64,000 bases of DNA. Source: the human T2T-CHM13v2.0 reference genome, Homo sapiens. Shown here piece by piece: positions 15,311 through 28,857 of the stretch. The notes under the pieces are model-generated. The model made no database searches, had not been told where the DNA came from, and saw only the letters and a program-made list of their open reading frames with translations. The stretch lies in the NCBI RefSeq assembly GCF_009914755.1, contig NC_060938.1. One strand, 5' to 3'. How positions within the stretch are numbered: the first letter of the stretch is position 1; each line of letters starts with the position of its first letter. The position numbers were made by a program, and so were the translations under genes.

Positions 15311-17269
15311 TGGATTTTCTTTCATAGGAGATGTATCAATGGTGCTAGTTGGGTGGGCTCTTTGGCTTTGATTCTGGGTGCATTCAGTTGTGTAGTCTCT
15401 GTATTATTTCTTTAGCTATAAACAATATCTGTGTTATCTGTGATTTCCTCCATGGTTTATGGTGTGGTTATTAGTGGAGCTTATAGTGAAGTTTGGTGGG
15501 ACAGGGATGCTAGGCAGGCCACTTTTTGGGCCCTATTGGTGGTAGCGGTGGGCTGATCATACTTGTTCTTAGGCCCCAGCACAGTGTGCAGTGGCACTAG
15601 TTTTAGTGGGACCAAGAGGTTCAATTCTTGGCTCCCCAGGTGGCTTGCTCAGATGCTGAGGTGGTGGTGGCAGAGGTGGGGTGGGCAGGTGAGCAAGTTC
15701 TCATGTCCCTGGGAATTTGGTATGGTGTGGGTAGTGGCAGCAGCAGTGAGGAGAAGACCCTCTGGGTCCCAAGCAGTATGTGCTAATGTTGATGGTGGCT
15801 GTGATGCAGGGTCACTATCCACAGCCCCAGACACACAGCTCTTAGACTTGTCCACTCTTGGCAGCAACAGTACTGTACTGCTATGCCAAGGAGGGGAGGG
15901 GCCCCATGTTCACGTATGAGTCTAAGCATGGAGGCCACACCACCAGTGGGGGCACAGTTACTACTTACAGCCCCAGACAGGCAGCTCCTCCGGCTTGTCC
16001 ACCCTGGCCCCTGGCAATAGCAGCAGTGGCAGCGGCTGTAGTGGTGTGCAGAGGAGGAGAGAGGCTCCTGTTGTATATGTGTAAACCTGAGCACAGAGAC
16101 CACTCCATTGGTGCAGGCAGGGTCACTGCTTCCAGCTCCAGACAGCTATTATGCTTACCCATCTGGGTTCCTAGTGACAGCTACTGCTATGGCAATATGC
16201 AGAGAAGGGGAGGAGATCTTTCCACTTGTGAGCTTGAGCACAGAATTTGTGCTGCCTTTCCGGTAGAATGCACCTTTGGTACACTGTAACTTTTTGGTAC
16301 ACTGCACCATTCCCTGAGGAGTAGTGTTTTCCATGGGCTAGAATACTGGGGACCCTGGAGCACCTTTGGGTCCAGCCAGTGCTATGCTGCTGTAGCCATT
16401 TGAGTCAACACTGGGGTTGTTAGTGGGAGATCCCAGAATGTGGAGATATGGGGCCTCTGATTTCCAGGTCAGGATGCAGTCCTATGACAGCTGTGCTCTC
16501 ACAGTAGTGCTCTGCAGTAGCAGCTTAGGCCTTGGGGGTGTGACTGACCCAGCATGAGTTCCTTGTCTGGTGCAATGCCCTTGTGGGTCTCCAGATCACC
16601 ACCCTTGCTAGTATCAGGGTTTGTGTGGGTAGAGGAGCTCTCCCATGGTTTGGATTGCTGCAGTCCACAGTGGGGACATGGATTGTTAAGGTTCTCTCAC
16701 TTACCCTTCCCTATGATAATGAGTCCCTTGGGGCTCATAGCTGATCTTGGCTGAGTTGGTCACTTGCTTCCTTCTCCTTCTTTGCCTCAGGTGTTTCCTG
16801 TGACTAGATCCTGTTGGACACTAGTGTTCTCTTCTAGATGTTCTATTATAGGTGTGATTATTTTGGTTATATATTAGTAATTTTGGTTCTTTCTGGAGAG
16901 GGTGAGTGTCCAATCTCTCTAGTTAGCCACCTTGAATACATCTCTGCTGAGGAGTTCAGGAAGAGCAGAAGCTACCTCTATGCTCCTGCTGAGTCAGGCA
17001 ATGCCTATACCTTTAATTCTACCAGAATTGAAGTAACAAATTTGTCTACTTTAGGGCAATAAATAAAGTCAATATACACCTGACTACAAAGCTTCGTAGA
17101 CTATCAACATCAGTTACTTCTGACAGCTTGGTTGTAGATGTGAAAGGAAATGGGTTCATTGTATCTGATGCTGCCGTTAGACCAAGCTGGCACCACAGAA
17201 GACCTGGAATTTGTTAATACTGCTTAACTTTCATGTTTCCTGGTACAATCAGGATGAAGGGAACTGTAA

Positions 17270-17283
17270 CCACTAGGTGGCAT
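17270..17283 (+). promoter_or_regulatory. Candidate CTCF site
   Basis: CCACTAGGTGGCAT matches the CTCF core CCASYAGRKGGCR in apparently unique sequence. Confidence 0.55.
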
Positions 17284-18039
17284 CTTTTAATTAGAAAACT
17301 GTGAATACTCCATTGCTCACTAGGATCCTTGTGGCCTACTTAGCAAAGCAATTGCCTGTGAGAGCAGCTGGTGGCAGTCTTTAAGATGCAGATTTCAAAT
17401 AGGAGAGAAAGGAAGAGATAAAGATAAAAAGAGAGGAAAGAAGTGGGAGGGCAAGAGAAGAGAAAAGGAGAAAGTAAACAGGCGTACTGTGAAGGAAGTA
17501 GTAAAATGCCATCAGTAATTAGCTCAGGAAAGTGGTATTTATGGCATTTGTTGCTTACCATTGTTTCATTTCTTTATTTATTTGACACGTATTTAATGGG
17601 AATTAGGAATTCTGGCTGAGGATACGAGATGCTGTTTCTACCCTCAGAGAGTTGATAGCTAAAGGGAGTTTAAAATATCTCAACTTAAAATCTTGACCCC
17701 CTTCCTGTAGAGTATGTTAAATAATACATGAAATAATACCTTTTATTTTTAGTTTTATTTGTTTCGTATTCTCTATTTCATTCCCCTATCAGAGAAAAGA
17801 GTTTCTGGAGTACTCTAGTTGACATACTTTGAAAATTAGCCCCTTGAGGGCAGGGAGTGTATATTATTGAGGAATCTGGAGCATGTTGTTCCATCCCTGA
17901 CTCTTATTGATGGGGGGGAATGTCCATACGTTGAACGAATGGTAGGATCAGATGAGAAACCTCAGCAAGGTGTCTCCTGGTTATAGTCTACAGCCTTCCT
18001 GGCTCTTTGTAGAATTTAGGCTTCTGACTTTGAATGCTT

Positions 18040-18232
18040 TCCTGACAGCACCATACTCTCCTCTGCTATATAGCACACTATCATATTGCCTGTTTACGAG
18101 GCATTTGTGTTTCTCCACAGTGATGAATTCTTTTATGGTAGGGTCTGTTTCTAATTTAATTTATTTATGTAGTTTCAGTGTTTAGCAGGTGGTGAGTGCT
18201 CAATAAATTTTGGTTAAATGAATGAATAAATC
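18040..18232 (+). mobile_element. L2 3' end remnant
   Basis: gtgctcaataaattttggttaaatgaatgaataaa terminal signature. Confidence 0.6.
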
Positions 18233-18474
18233 TGACTAATTATAGTGTACTTGGTATAAGATAAATTTGTATAGGAATCCTTTTGGAGAGAGTTAATTTT
18301 TGGATATGCCAGAAAGACCATCCTTTAAGATTTTTTTTACATATGTGAGGATGATTAGGCAATTACTTTGAGTGTAAGATATGGTGCACTTTCAAAGATA
18401 ACCAGAAGATATACCAGTTGTATGCTAGAGATGGATTTGTAGTGCCAATTCTACAAATACAACTCTTAAAAAAG

Positions 18475-18767
18475 TTTTTTTTTCAGAGACAGTCTTGCTC
18501 TCTTGCCCAAATGGGAGTTCAATGGCTCGATTATAGCTCACTGCAGCTTTCACCTCCTGGGGTTGGGTGATTTTCCTGCCTCAGCATCCCATGTAGCTAG
18601 GACTACAGGCACATACCATCAGGCCATGCTGATTTTAAAATTTTTTTGTAGAGATGGGGATCTTGCTGTGTTGCCCAGGCTAGTTATAAATCCCTGGCCT
18701 CAAGGGATCCTCCTGCTTTGGCCTCCCAAAGTGTTGGGATTAGAAGTGTGAGCCACTGCCCCTGGCC
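18475..18767 (-). mobile_element. AluJ
   Basis: Diverged Alu with J features (atagctcactgcagc); TSD caactctt. Confidence 0.9.
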
Positions 18768-19171
18768 AACTCTTTTAAATTTTAAAGTGGATTCTGTTGC
18801 GTTGTCTTAGATAAGTAGCCCAGCTGCAGTCTTCTTGTTTCTTTTTTCTAAAATAATAGGCACTGATGACATCTATTATTTGCTCCTTCAGGATCTAGGG
18901 CCTGCCGAGGACTTCATCTTATAAAGATGAGTATGAGAACTGAGACAAGGTCAAGTAGAGTAGTAAAAGGTGGGCAGAGAGGGATTTCACTATGGCGGAA
19001 TTCTATTATACCAGAGGATAATGTCAGTAGGCCAACGTCTGTTTGTTGAATGCCAGAACTTTCATATTCAAGAATATATATTAGAAAATAGATGTCATTT
19101 TATTAATAGACCTTTTTAGAAAGGTCTATCTTATAAAGGACACATTATAAAAAGCCTTCAAAAAACAAAAA

Positions 19172-20155
19172 TTTTAACAGCTTTTTGAGATATAATTTAC
19201 ATACCATACAATTCACCCTTTTAAGGTACACAATATAGGGTTCTTTTTTTAGCATATTGACAGATTGTGCAACGATCACCACAGTCTAATTCCAAAACAT
19301 TTCACCACCCCAAGAAGAAACCCTGTACCCAGTAGCAGCCACTCTCTCACTCTGCATTTCCACCTTCCCCAAGCCCTTGGAAATCTCTATTTGCTATCTC
19401 TATAGATTTGCCTGTTATGGACATTTCATGAAAGTGGAGTCATATAATGTGTGTTCTTTTGTGACTGGCTTCTTTCATATAGCATAAAGTTTTCAAAATT
19501 AGTGTTGCAGCATGTTATCAGTATTCTTCATTCCTTTTCATTGCCAAATAATATACTGTTGTATAGATAGAACTCATTTTGTTTATCCATTTATCAGTTG
19601 ATGGACATTTGGTTTATTTTCACATTTTGGGTATTATGAATAATGCAGTAATAAGCATCCATGTACAAGCTTTTGTTTGGACATATGTTTTTATTTCTCT
19701 TGGTTATATCCCCAGGAGTAGAATTGCTGGATCATATGGCAGCTCTGTGTTTAATAATTTGAGGAACTGTGAAGCCACTTTTCCAAAGTCCTACCAGCAG
19801 CGAGCTAGGGTTCCAGTTTCTCCACATCCTCACTAATACTTGTCATCTTTTTCTTAAAAATTACAATAATCCTTGTAGTGCTTGTGAAGTGGTTATGTCA
19901 TTGTGGTTTTTGTTTGCATTTTCTAATGGCTGATGATGTTGAGAATTTTCAAGTGTTTATTGACCATTTGTATATCTCTTTTGGAGAAAGTCTATTTAAA
20001 TCTCTTGCCCAGTTGTAATTGGGTTGTCTTTTTATTATTGTATTTTAAAGTGCTCATTTTATATGTTGGATACAAGACCCTTAATAGATATTTGATTTTC
20101 AAATATTTTCTCCCATTCTGTCCTTTTACTTTCTTGATGGTCTTACTTGTAGCAG
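19172..20155 (-). mobile_element. L1MB-type 3' end
   Basis: cagctttttgagatataatttacataccatacaattcaccc...gatggacatttgg...ggagtagaattgctggatcatatgg. Confidence 0.85.
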
Positions 20156-22686
20156 AAATATGTTATATACACATATATGTAAATGTAATATTTATAGCAT
20201 AATGAAATAAAGTAGTTTAGAAGGATTTGCAGTAGGGTGCCATGAAGGGGATAACAGTTGTCTTTTATTGAAATTCAAAGCTGAGCCCTAAATCCATATG
20301 TAATACAATTATGGGAAGCCAAAAAAGAACAGAAGCTGCTCAGAGTGAAACATAATGTCCTACAGCACATGACACACCTTCTTCCTGTCTTTGTGATATC
20401 CCAGTTACAAGCTAGTTAGAGAAATGATAGGGATTGGGGTAGTGAGAAAAGAATAGTTGTTTCCTTTGGTGTCTCAGGTAAGATATACTGTTAGAGATAT
20501 AGCTAGAAATAAAACCAACCGGTTCTAGCAGAGATGACGATAATTCTACTTTTGTCAAATCACCACCAGAGAAATCTCCTCTCAGTTGATTAACATCATG
20601 TGCCGCAGGCTGTTTCTTTCTTTTACTCTAGGTATAGTGGGAGTAACCCATTGGCAAGAAAAACTCATATTTAGGTGGTAAGGGGAAGGCAGGTAGAGAA
20701 AATGAAGTGTGTCTTTGACACAGTATGAATGGAGGTGCTCCCCATTAGGAATTGAGCAGGTAGACTGTGTTGATGAACATAGAGTAACACGCTGGGATGG
20801 TTGTGGCCACTTGTCTGTCTCATTGGTCCATCTCTCCCAGTATTCCATTTGAAATCCTTCTTCAGCCCCTTACCACAGCTTCAGGTTGATATTGAAATAC
20901 AATGGTAATAGTGAGGGTATTTTAAAAGTGGACTTTAAAGCTGAGTTACATTAAGAAATGGGCATATCTGGCAAGTTACAGGCACAGGTAAGTAACTTTT
21001 TTTTTTCTTTTTTTGCATTAGGGGTTTGAAATAGTGCACCGATGGCCTTCTGAGAAAGGTGTCTACCTTCTCAAGGTTTTTCTATAGAATGACTTATCAA
21101 AATCCATATGGATTCTTGACCGAGGCTTTTCAGCTGGATTATGTGAAAAGCTGTGGATTTTGTAAAGAAGCCTGGCATGTGCTCCAGTGTGTTTCAGTTT
21201 TTAAATTTTCATTTTTTACAGTGTGAGAACTAATTCCAGACTAATAACATTTATGTGAATAGTTCTCTAAGCTTTGCTTCCTAAAGTGTAACTGTTAAGC
21301 CTTCTGGAATAACAATGCAGTTCTCCCTTCAGAAAGATTCTTTATGTTGATGTCTTGTGACTGGCTTAAATTCTTCAGGCACTTTCTCTCCTGGTTCCTC
21401 TCCACACCCAGAGAGAGATTTTAGATAATCTTGTGCATTGAGCAGAATCAAGAGATGAGTCAGGAAAGTTTTCTAACAAATAATACTTTTGACGGAGCCA
21501 TACAACTTAATTTCGATTTTGAAGTGACAGTAATTGTCAGTATTGCTCCTTCAAGTGGAGGGACTAATTTGTAATCATGAGCATATTGCATAATGGCGAC
21601 ATAATTGAGGGCGTAGGCCTATCCTTTAGAACATAGCCCCCAAGAGAATTGTGTTCCATACATAATATAAAGATATGTTAAGGTGGTTGTGAAACTCCTT
21701 GCTGTGAAATAGTAGGGGCTTCTCAGTCATTTTGTGTATAGTTTGCTTTGTAGATGATGCTGTATTTCAGTAGAAAACAGTTGATGTCTCAATGTCATAT
21801 TGGCATCTGTGGTTGAGAATAGCTCAAATACTATTGAATTAAACTTGTGTGCGTGACAGTGTGCTTGCCCAGACGGACTCCTTAGCACTGTATGACTCTT
21901 GAGAAAATGGTCTCACTTGACAATTTCATTGCTACCTAAGATTTTTATTTAGTGGCTGAGGAAGTGAAGTAGTGACTTATACTGATTTGCCATCTAGGGA
22001 GATAATTGGTAAACTTGGGCCTGAGAAAGGAAGAGATCTGTTATGTAAGAAAAATACTGATCAAAAGAACAATATTTGTTGTTGTTGTTGACCAGCTCTG
22101 ACTGTGAAACATTTAAAGTGTCTGGGCTCTAATTTGAGAGACTAGTTGAAAAATAATCATTTGACATTTAGCACTCTGCTAGGTACCGGGAAATTAGAGC
22201 AAGTAAGAAATAATTTCATATCTTGAGGTACTTATATTAGGGGGAAGACAGACATACAGGCAGATATTTTTTTCTGATATATTAGATAAAGGCTTTACTC
22301 TTCCCCGCCCCTGCCCCCCTCCATGTGGAAACACATACAAACAGGAGCAAAAAAGGGAATACCAAATTCATTTTAAATACATGTAGATACCCAATATGTA
22401 ATATGTGTCATCTTACTCTAGGATGTGAGCTTTAAAAAGGTGGAAGCCAAATTGTGCATGCTTTTGTATAGATCCTTGCATAAACTAGATAGTATATAGA
22501 AAATTGACAGTAGTAAGTGAAATGCTTGATTCCTTTTAAGAAAGAAAATTCCAAGAGTTATGTTAAGAACTTCTTTAAAAAAAGGCAAGAGTGAAAAAAA
22601 TGCACAATTCAGAATAGTGATGATCATTGCAGGGAGGCAGGTAGATGGCTTTCGGTAGGGGCCCATGTATAGCTTCACTGGGATTG

Positions 22687-22986
22687 TGTTTTTAGTTAGC
22701 TTGGGCTGCTGTAGCAAATTACCATAGATTAGGTAGCTCAAATAACAAACATTTATTTCTCACAGTTCTGAAGGCTGGAAGTCTGAGATCAGGGTGGAAG
22801 CATGGTTGGGTGCCCTCTTCCTAATTATGTCTTCACATGGCTGTTCCCATCACAGGGACTCCAGCTTCAAGACTTAATCGAACCCTAATTACCTCCCTAA
22901 AGGCCCTAGGTCTAAATACCATTACATTGGGGATTAGGGTTTTAATACATTAATTTTGGGAGGACACAAACATTTAGTCCATAGCA
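22687..22986 (-). mobile_element. MaLR solo LTR, MLT1A-like
   Basis: tttatttctcacagttctgaaggctggaagtc...catttagtccatagca; perfect 5-bp TSD GATTG at 22682-22686 and 22987-22991. Confidence 0.85.
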
Positions 22987-23079
22987 GATTGGAAATATTT
23001 TAATTCATAAATTAGGTGCTGGGTTCATTAGGTATATATTCTGTAATTATGCCTCATAACATACATTATATATATATAA

Positions 23080-23473
<394 letters not shown>

Positions 23474-25499
23474 TGAATTTCTTAAAAGCTTTTGCTTAGG
23501 TTAAGTTGTGGGAGAAAAACTGAACTCACCCAGCTAGCCAAACTATCTCTCTGTTGTCTTTCCACTTTATCCATCTATTTTTTACTTTTTTTGGAAACAC
23601 AATAACAATAGTGTAGAAGTCTTTTCACATTGCCTGACTCTCCTGTTTGTGTCCCATAAGGTTCCATGTACTCTGTCCAGAACTCAGCTTATTATGTCAA
23701 AGGATTCTGTCTGGACTGGTCAGTCAGAGATATAAGTTCTCATTACCTCAGTGTGTGTGTTTGTATCTGTATTTAATGATGTTTGTGCTTGGCTTAGGCT
23801 GGGGATTTTGAAATCTTTGCAGAGTTTCCCAATTTGTTGGGCAGTTTTAGAAATGATAGTATCAGTAGGAAAAAAAAAACACAGAAAAATACAATTTCTT
23901 CTTTCATCTATGTCCCATATTATACAAATGTTCGCTGAAAGCACCAATTTTCTGGGAAAGGTTTTGACTCAGACTTTTTTCACCCTTTACCTCTACTCTC
24001 CAATTCATGTTTCCTTCTTACAACGTGGTCATATGCTTGCCCAGGCCTGGCTTATGAACCGTGCAGAATATTTGTGGGGTTTGTTTTTTAAGCCCTAAAC
24101 TGTGCACATGATGCAGTATTTAATTTGGAATGAGCTCTTAGTTTAGTCACATGTGCTTCTTGTGGTGTTTATCTTGGAATCCACAAGTAGGAGGGAAGTA
24201 TTTTTGCATTTTATACATCTGGACATTGTTCATGGTCCTTCTGTAACTTGGGAATTCTGTGTGAGGCAAAATCCAAAAAAACAGCATTAAAAATAACACG
24301 GAGTTATGATGACATCTGAGTCAAAACCCTTGAGAATACCCTTCTGATCCCAGCAGAGTTTGTTTTTGAGGTGGTGAACTTTTTCAATTGTGTGTGGTTC
24401 ACTGCTGGCCTGAGGAGAATGCTGGGATTATAAGGTTACCTGACACCCTTGCATGTAGACTAATGGGTTTCCAGACATTCTGAAAGTCTATTGCAGATTT
24501 GGCATAGGGGGAAGATTTTGCTTTTTGGCTTAGGGGGAGGATTTTGCTCTAATTTTGCATGGGGTAAAATAGGTAAAGTGAATTCTGCTCACTGTTGCTA
24601 TGCCTCTGCCACAAGCATTCTAAGAGACCTGTGAGACTGTCCCTATTTCTCTCTTAAACTTGCCTAATTACAGCCAGCTTAGAGCTAAAGTTGACTCTGA
24701 GAATGCCTCGGGCTCTGTGTCAGGACTGGGGGTTTAGTAACCTTATCCTTCCCCTGATTTCACATGAGAAGTTGTTTTAAACAGGATTGGACATAGAGAT
24801 ATAGCACAGTACCTCCTCCTTTTGGCTAGGGGTCTGCTAAAGTGGAAAAAGTGGGAAAGGATGTACAGAAACTCCTGCTCTTTGAGTGAGTTTGCATATG
24901 GACAGTATTGCTTTTTGGCCCCAGCCTAGTTTTCTTTCATTCCCATGTCTCATCTTTTATGCAGCTGCAGAGAGCAGGCTGGGAAAGCAGAATGAAAGCT
25001 TCAAACAGATTTGCACTTGAATAAAAGAAAGAGTGATTTCTCTTGTTCAGAGTACAGACCAGTTTGGGTAGAAAACTGTTTGCTTTTTTACTTTCTGGGT
25101 AAGGACTGTTTGCTTTTCTCTCTTTAAATGTAGTAAAGAGAGGAAAAGCTAATAAAGTAGTTGGACCTGCTGGTTATAATTCATAGAGAATTTTCAAGTG
25201 TGTTTAATAAAGTCTCTCATATAATTATAACAGAAATAAGTAATTGGAGGGGAAAGGTTAAAATCCTGTAGAGGTTTAAGAATCAGTTAAATATGAGGCA
25301 GTGTGCTTGGATGAGACAACTAACTAGGAGCTGCTTCTCTTTGCTGATTTCTCTGAACTTTCCTTTTGAGATTTTTTCCTCTTTACTTTCGTAATGCATT
25401 TTGCAACTTTCATTAAAAAAATCCATCAATGTTTAAACTTCTAACAAATAAACATATCCTAGTCCTATTATGGAAATCACAATGTAGCAGAGAATAGCT

Positions 25500-25740
25500 T
25501 GACTTCAGCTAGAGAGAGGTTAATGATAGGAACCCTAAGGATTGATACCAAGATCATGCTTGTTTAGTGTTTTAATGACTCCAGAAGGAAATGGTGAAAT
25601 CTGCTGATGACACCAAATTGTTTTTGCTGATCCAAACAAGGATTTCTGGGAAGCTTCTTCAGAGTATTTGGAATAGTAGAAGAATTGAGAAATATGGTGG
25701 CAGACACACTGAACTTAAAGTGAAGGTTTACGTGAAGTAG
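25500..25740 (+). mobile_element. Ancient CR1/L3 LINE reverse-transcriptase remnant
   Basis: aaatctgctgatgacaccaaattgttt encodes KSADDTKLF (CR1 KFADDTKL), preceded by degenerate REV..G.PQG...LF...ND-like codons. Confidence 0.7.
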
Positions 25741-26597
25741 CAGGAGTAACGTCAATACGTTGAAGTTACAAAGCCTGCCAAATCTTCCAAAAGGAAGATT
25801 ACGGAGTCTATAGTTTCATGAAAGGAAGACTTAAGACAAAGAACATTTATACATATAGCAAATGAAAACTATTATGGGAATAGTTGCAATTATAAAGTTC
25901 AGTGACTTAAAAATATGATGTCTGAATTTCTTTTTAAATGTCAGCAGTAGTATATCTAAATAGGTGTTGTTTCTCTCGAAATGGTCATAGAAGATTATAT
26001 ACCCATTTTATGCATGCTCCTTTCTTGGTACGTTCTTTTGTCAGTTTTCTGTGGTGGCAGGTCTTTATTTTGCAGGCTGTTTTGAATTTTGAAACAGTCA
26101 ACTGTCACTTAAAGCCAAGTGTGATAAATAAGATGGGTGGTCAAACTAAGTAATAGATTTAAATATATTAAATATATTAAATGAAATATAAAGTAGTAAA
26201 ACTTATTTTCTTTTATTGCTTTCAAAAGTGATTCTAAAGGACATTACCAATGAGAAATTGCAAAAATGTTTGTGTACTAATAGTGTTAGATTAAGTTCTT
26301 GGTTGATAGATTTCACAAACATCACTTATTTAGATATGTAAGTTACAGGGCTTGTACTAATACACATTTTATTATATTGGAGACAAACCATGTTTATAAG
26401 TGACCTTTTTAAAATGTTTTCTTTATGCTCCCTAAATATACACTTAGGGAGGAAGAAGGAGGTTTTGAATTAACTGGAGATTTCCCTAATGTGTTGAATT
26501 TTTCTGACTAAAGCCTACATTTTTGTAAAGAAAAAGACCCTGTGGGATAAAAAATACGATAGGCACTATCACAGGAGCTGTGGGCTGGCCATCTATA

Positions 26598-26646
26598 TCC
26601 ATCCATCTATCTATTATTCCACCCATCCCTCCATCCATCCATCCAT
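26598..26646. repeat. Imperfect (TCCA)n simple repeat
   Basis: Directly visible. Confidence 0.75.
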
Positions 26647-26977
26647 TTATTTAATTAAGTTATTTTTAACGGTTGGCTCTGGAGTTGACATTCATTTATT
26701 TTAAAAGAACAGTGAATCATAGCTCTTTTCCTCAAGATGCTTGCTTTTATTTGCATGGTGGCATATTGATTAAGTACTCAGAACACTATTTGACATATGG
26801 TAAGCCCTCAATAAAAGTTTGTTATTATTATGACTGTACTTCTCCCCTCTAATGTATAGAGGTAAACATTTTGGTTCCTATTGTGACACGTGGGTTATAA
26901 TGAGTTAGGGCCTACTTAAGAAGAAAGTGGAAAGAAAGCGGGTAAAATTGTTGCTCAGATACTAGCATGTGGGTGGA

Positions 26978-27010
26978 GATATAGATATAGATATAGGTAT
27001 AGATATAGAT
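26978..27010. repeat. (GATATA)n simple repeat
   Basis: Directly visible. Confidence 0.8.
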
Positions 27011-27129
27011 AGTGTAGGTATTTACATCTAAGTATATTGTATAAAGTGACGGATTCTGAATTTGCTACATTTCTCATTTCTTCAGCACTCTGGGATAAAA
27101 CCAGCAAAAATGATGTGATCTGAACAGAC

Positions 27130-27146
27130 ACAGTAGATGGCGCTGT
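27130..27146 (+). promoter_or_regulatory. Candidate CTCF site
   Basis: ACAGTAGATGGCGCTGT matches the CTCF core and keeps a CpG in CpG-poor DNA. Confidence 0.6.
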
Positions 27147-28570
27147 AGGACTTAGTTTTTAAAGAAAACAGTACAGCCAGGGGGAGTGGGGGCATGGAGT
27201 GGGAAGAAAACTAAAGCACATTTTAATGGGCTCTTTTGTACCACCAAGACAATTTCATCTTAGAGTACGTGCCTCTAAGAAGTAAAGATTTTTTTTTTTT
27301 TTTTTTTTTGACAGAGCTGGAGAATAATTTTAGGAAAACTAAATCTCCCTGTTGCTATGTTTGTGCCAGCTTTGTCACTTGGAAAGTATTAGTTGTTTTA
27401 AGCCACAAATATATAAGGAAGTTATTTTCTTTCAAAACATTGCCTTATTTATGAGGGTTTTGTTTGTTTGTTTTAGCTGTCTTTGTCTCTGTATTTTAAT
27501 ATTTTTGCTCCTAGCTTTTTTGGCCCTTTGTTGTTTCATAAAAACGTGGTTGTAAAGTTAATTTGAACCATATCAATATGACTATAATGTCATATTTTAA
27601 AATTCAGCTATATTTTAATAGGCCTTAAAAATACAGGTTTACATTAAAGAGTAACATAGTGTTTTTGATACTACCGTAGTGTGTTTATGTACTTGATCTT
27701 ATTTAATCTTAGTACTAATTGTATGAATTTTATTATTCACTTTTCTAGGTAAATAAACTATATCAGAGATACTTAGTAACTTGCCAAGCTCACATACCTA
27801 GTGGTTGAACTAGTAGTTGCTGCAAGAGTTTCGCCAGCATATTAAAGTTGTATTTTTTGAGCACTTACTGTGTGCCAGGCAAGCTAACCACTGGAAATAC
27901 TATAGTGTCCAAAGCTGACCTGGACCCTGCCCTTATGGACCTTACAGTTATTAGATACCCCACAGACATTTTTTGAAATCTGCTGGATTGAGAGTGGGTC
28001 ATGAAGATGAATTTGAATCATTGTGATTGTTGGATAAGCCAGAGAGCCCTTTCACCAAAAAGAAAGTAAGAATCATACCTACCTTGAATATATTACTGTA
28101 TTAAAATATTTGTTTTAGTTGTACTCCCTGTAGCCAAGGGAAAGGCAAGACCTCCTTTGGCTACAATGAGTAACTAAACTGTCTTCTAGATAAGAATCAG
28201 GAAGAGTAAGGAAAATCTGGCTATACTATAATGTCAAAATTTTCCACTGATTAAATGGTATTAAAATATCTAAAGCAAGAAGGTGTTAGTTAGCAGTGGA
28301 AGTCTGAGAGATTAATGTGGTTTGTGTACAGCCTAAGACCATGTTAACTTCTAATTGGCTTCTCTAGTGCCATTTGGTGAGATCTTTTAGAGTACAGCCA
28401 GCTTAGTGATACCCCAAATTGCCAAGTACCCCTTTCATCTTGGGACATTAATTGTCAAAAATCTTTGAATTGATTTTTCTTCAGAAAGCTTCACTTTATT
28501 ATTTTCACACAATACCAAGTTCTCATGATATTTATGGGTATGTGATTGGTGAGAAAACAGACCAAGAGTT

Positions 28571-28857
28571 GTTTTTTGTTTGTTTGTTTTTTGTGACGAA
28601 GTGTTGCTTTGTCGCCCAGACTGGAGTGCAGTGGCGCAATCTCTCCTCCCGGGTTCAAGCGATTCTCGTGCCTCAGCCTCCCGAGTAGCTGGGATTACAG
28701 GCACACGCCACCACGCCCAGCTAATTTTTGTATTTTTAGTAGAGATGGGGTTTCGTCATGTTGGCCAGGCTGGTTTCGAACTCCTGACCTCAGTTGATCC
28801 ACCCGCCTCAGCCTCCCAAAGTGCTGGGATTACAGGCATGAGCTACCATGCCCAGCC
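28571..28857 (-). mobile_element. AluS with a small internal deletion
   Basis: gcaatctc joined to tcctcccggg; perfect TSD cagaccaagagtt at 28558-28570 and 28858-28870. Confidence 0.95.

Noticed and set aside
15563-16754. GC-richer block with overlapping ORFs as a promoter or gene
   Set aside because: It lacks CpGs and is contiguous with the L1MA body, so it is the decayed L1 5' UTR.
19106-19129. 10-bp hairpin ATAGACCTTT/AAAGGTCTAT
   Set aside because: Short and AT-rich, compatible with chance.
27081-27100. REST/RE1 site (ttcagcac...)
   Set aside because: Only the left half-site matches; the GGACAG half is absent.
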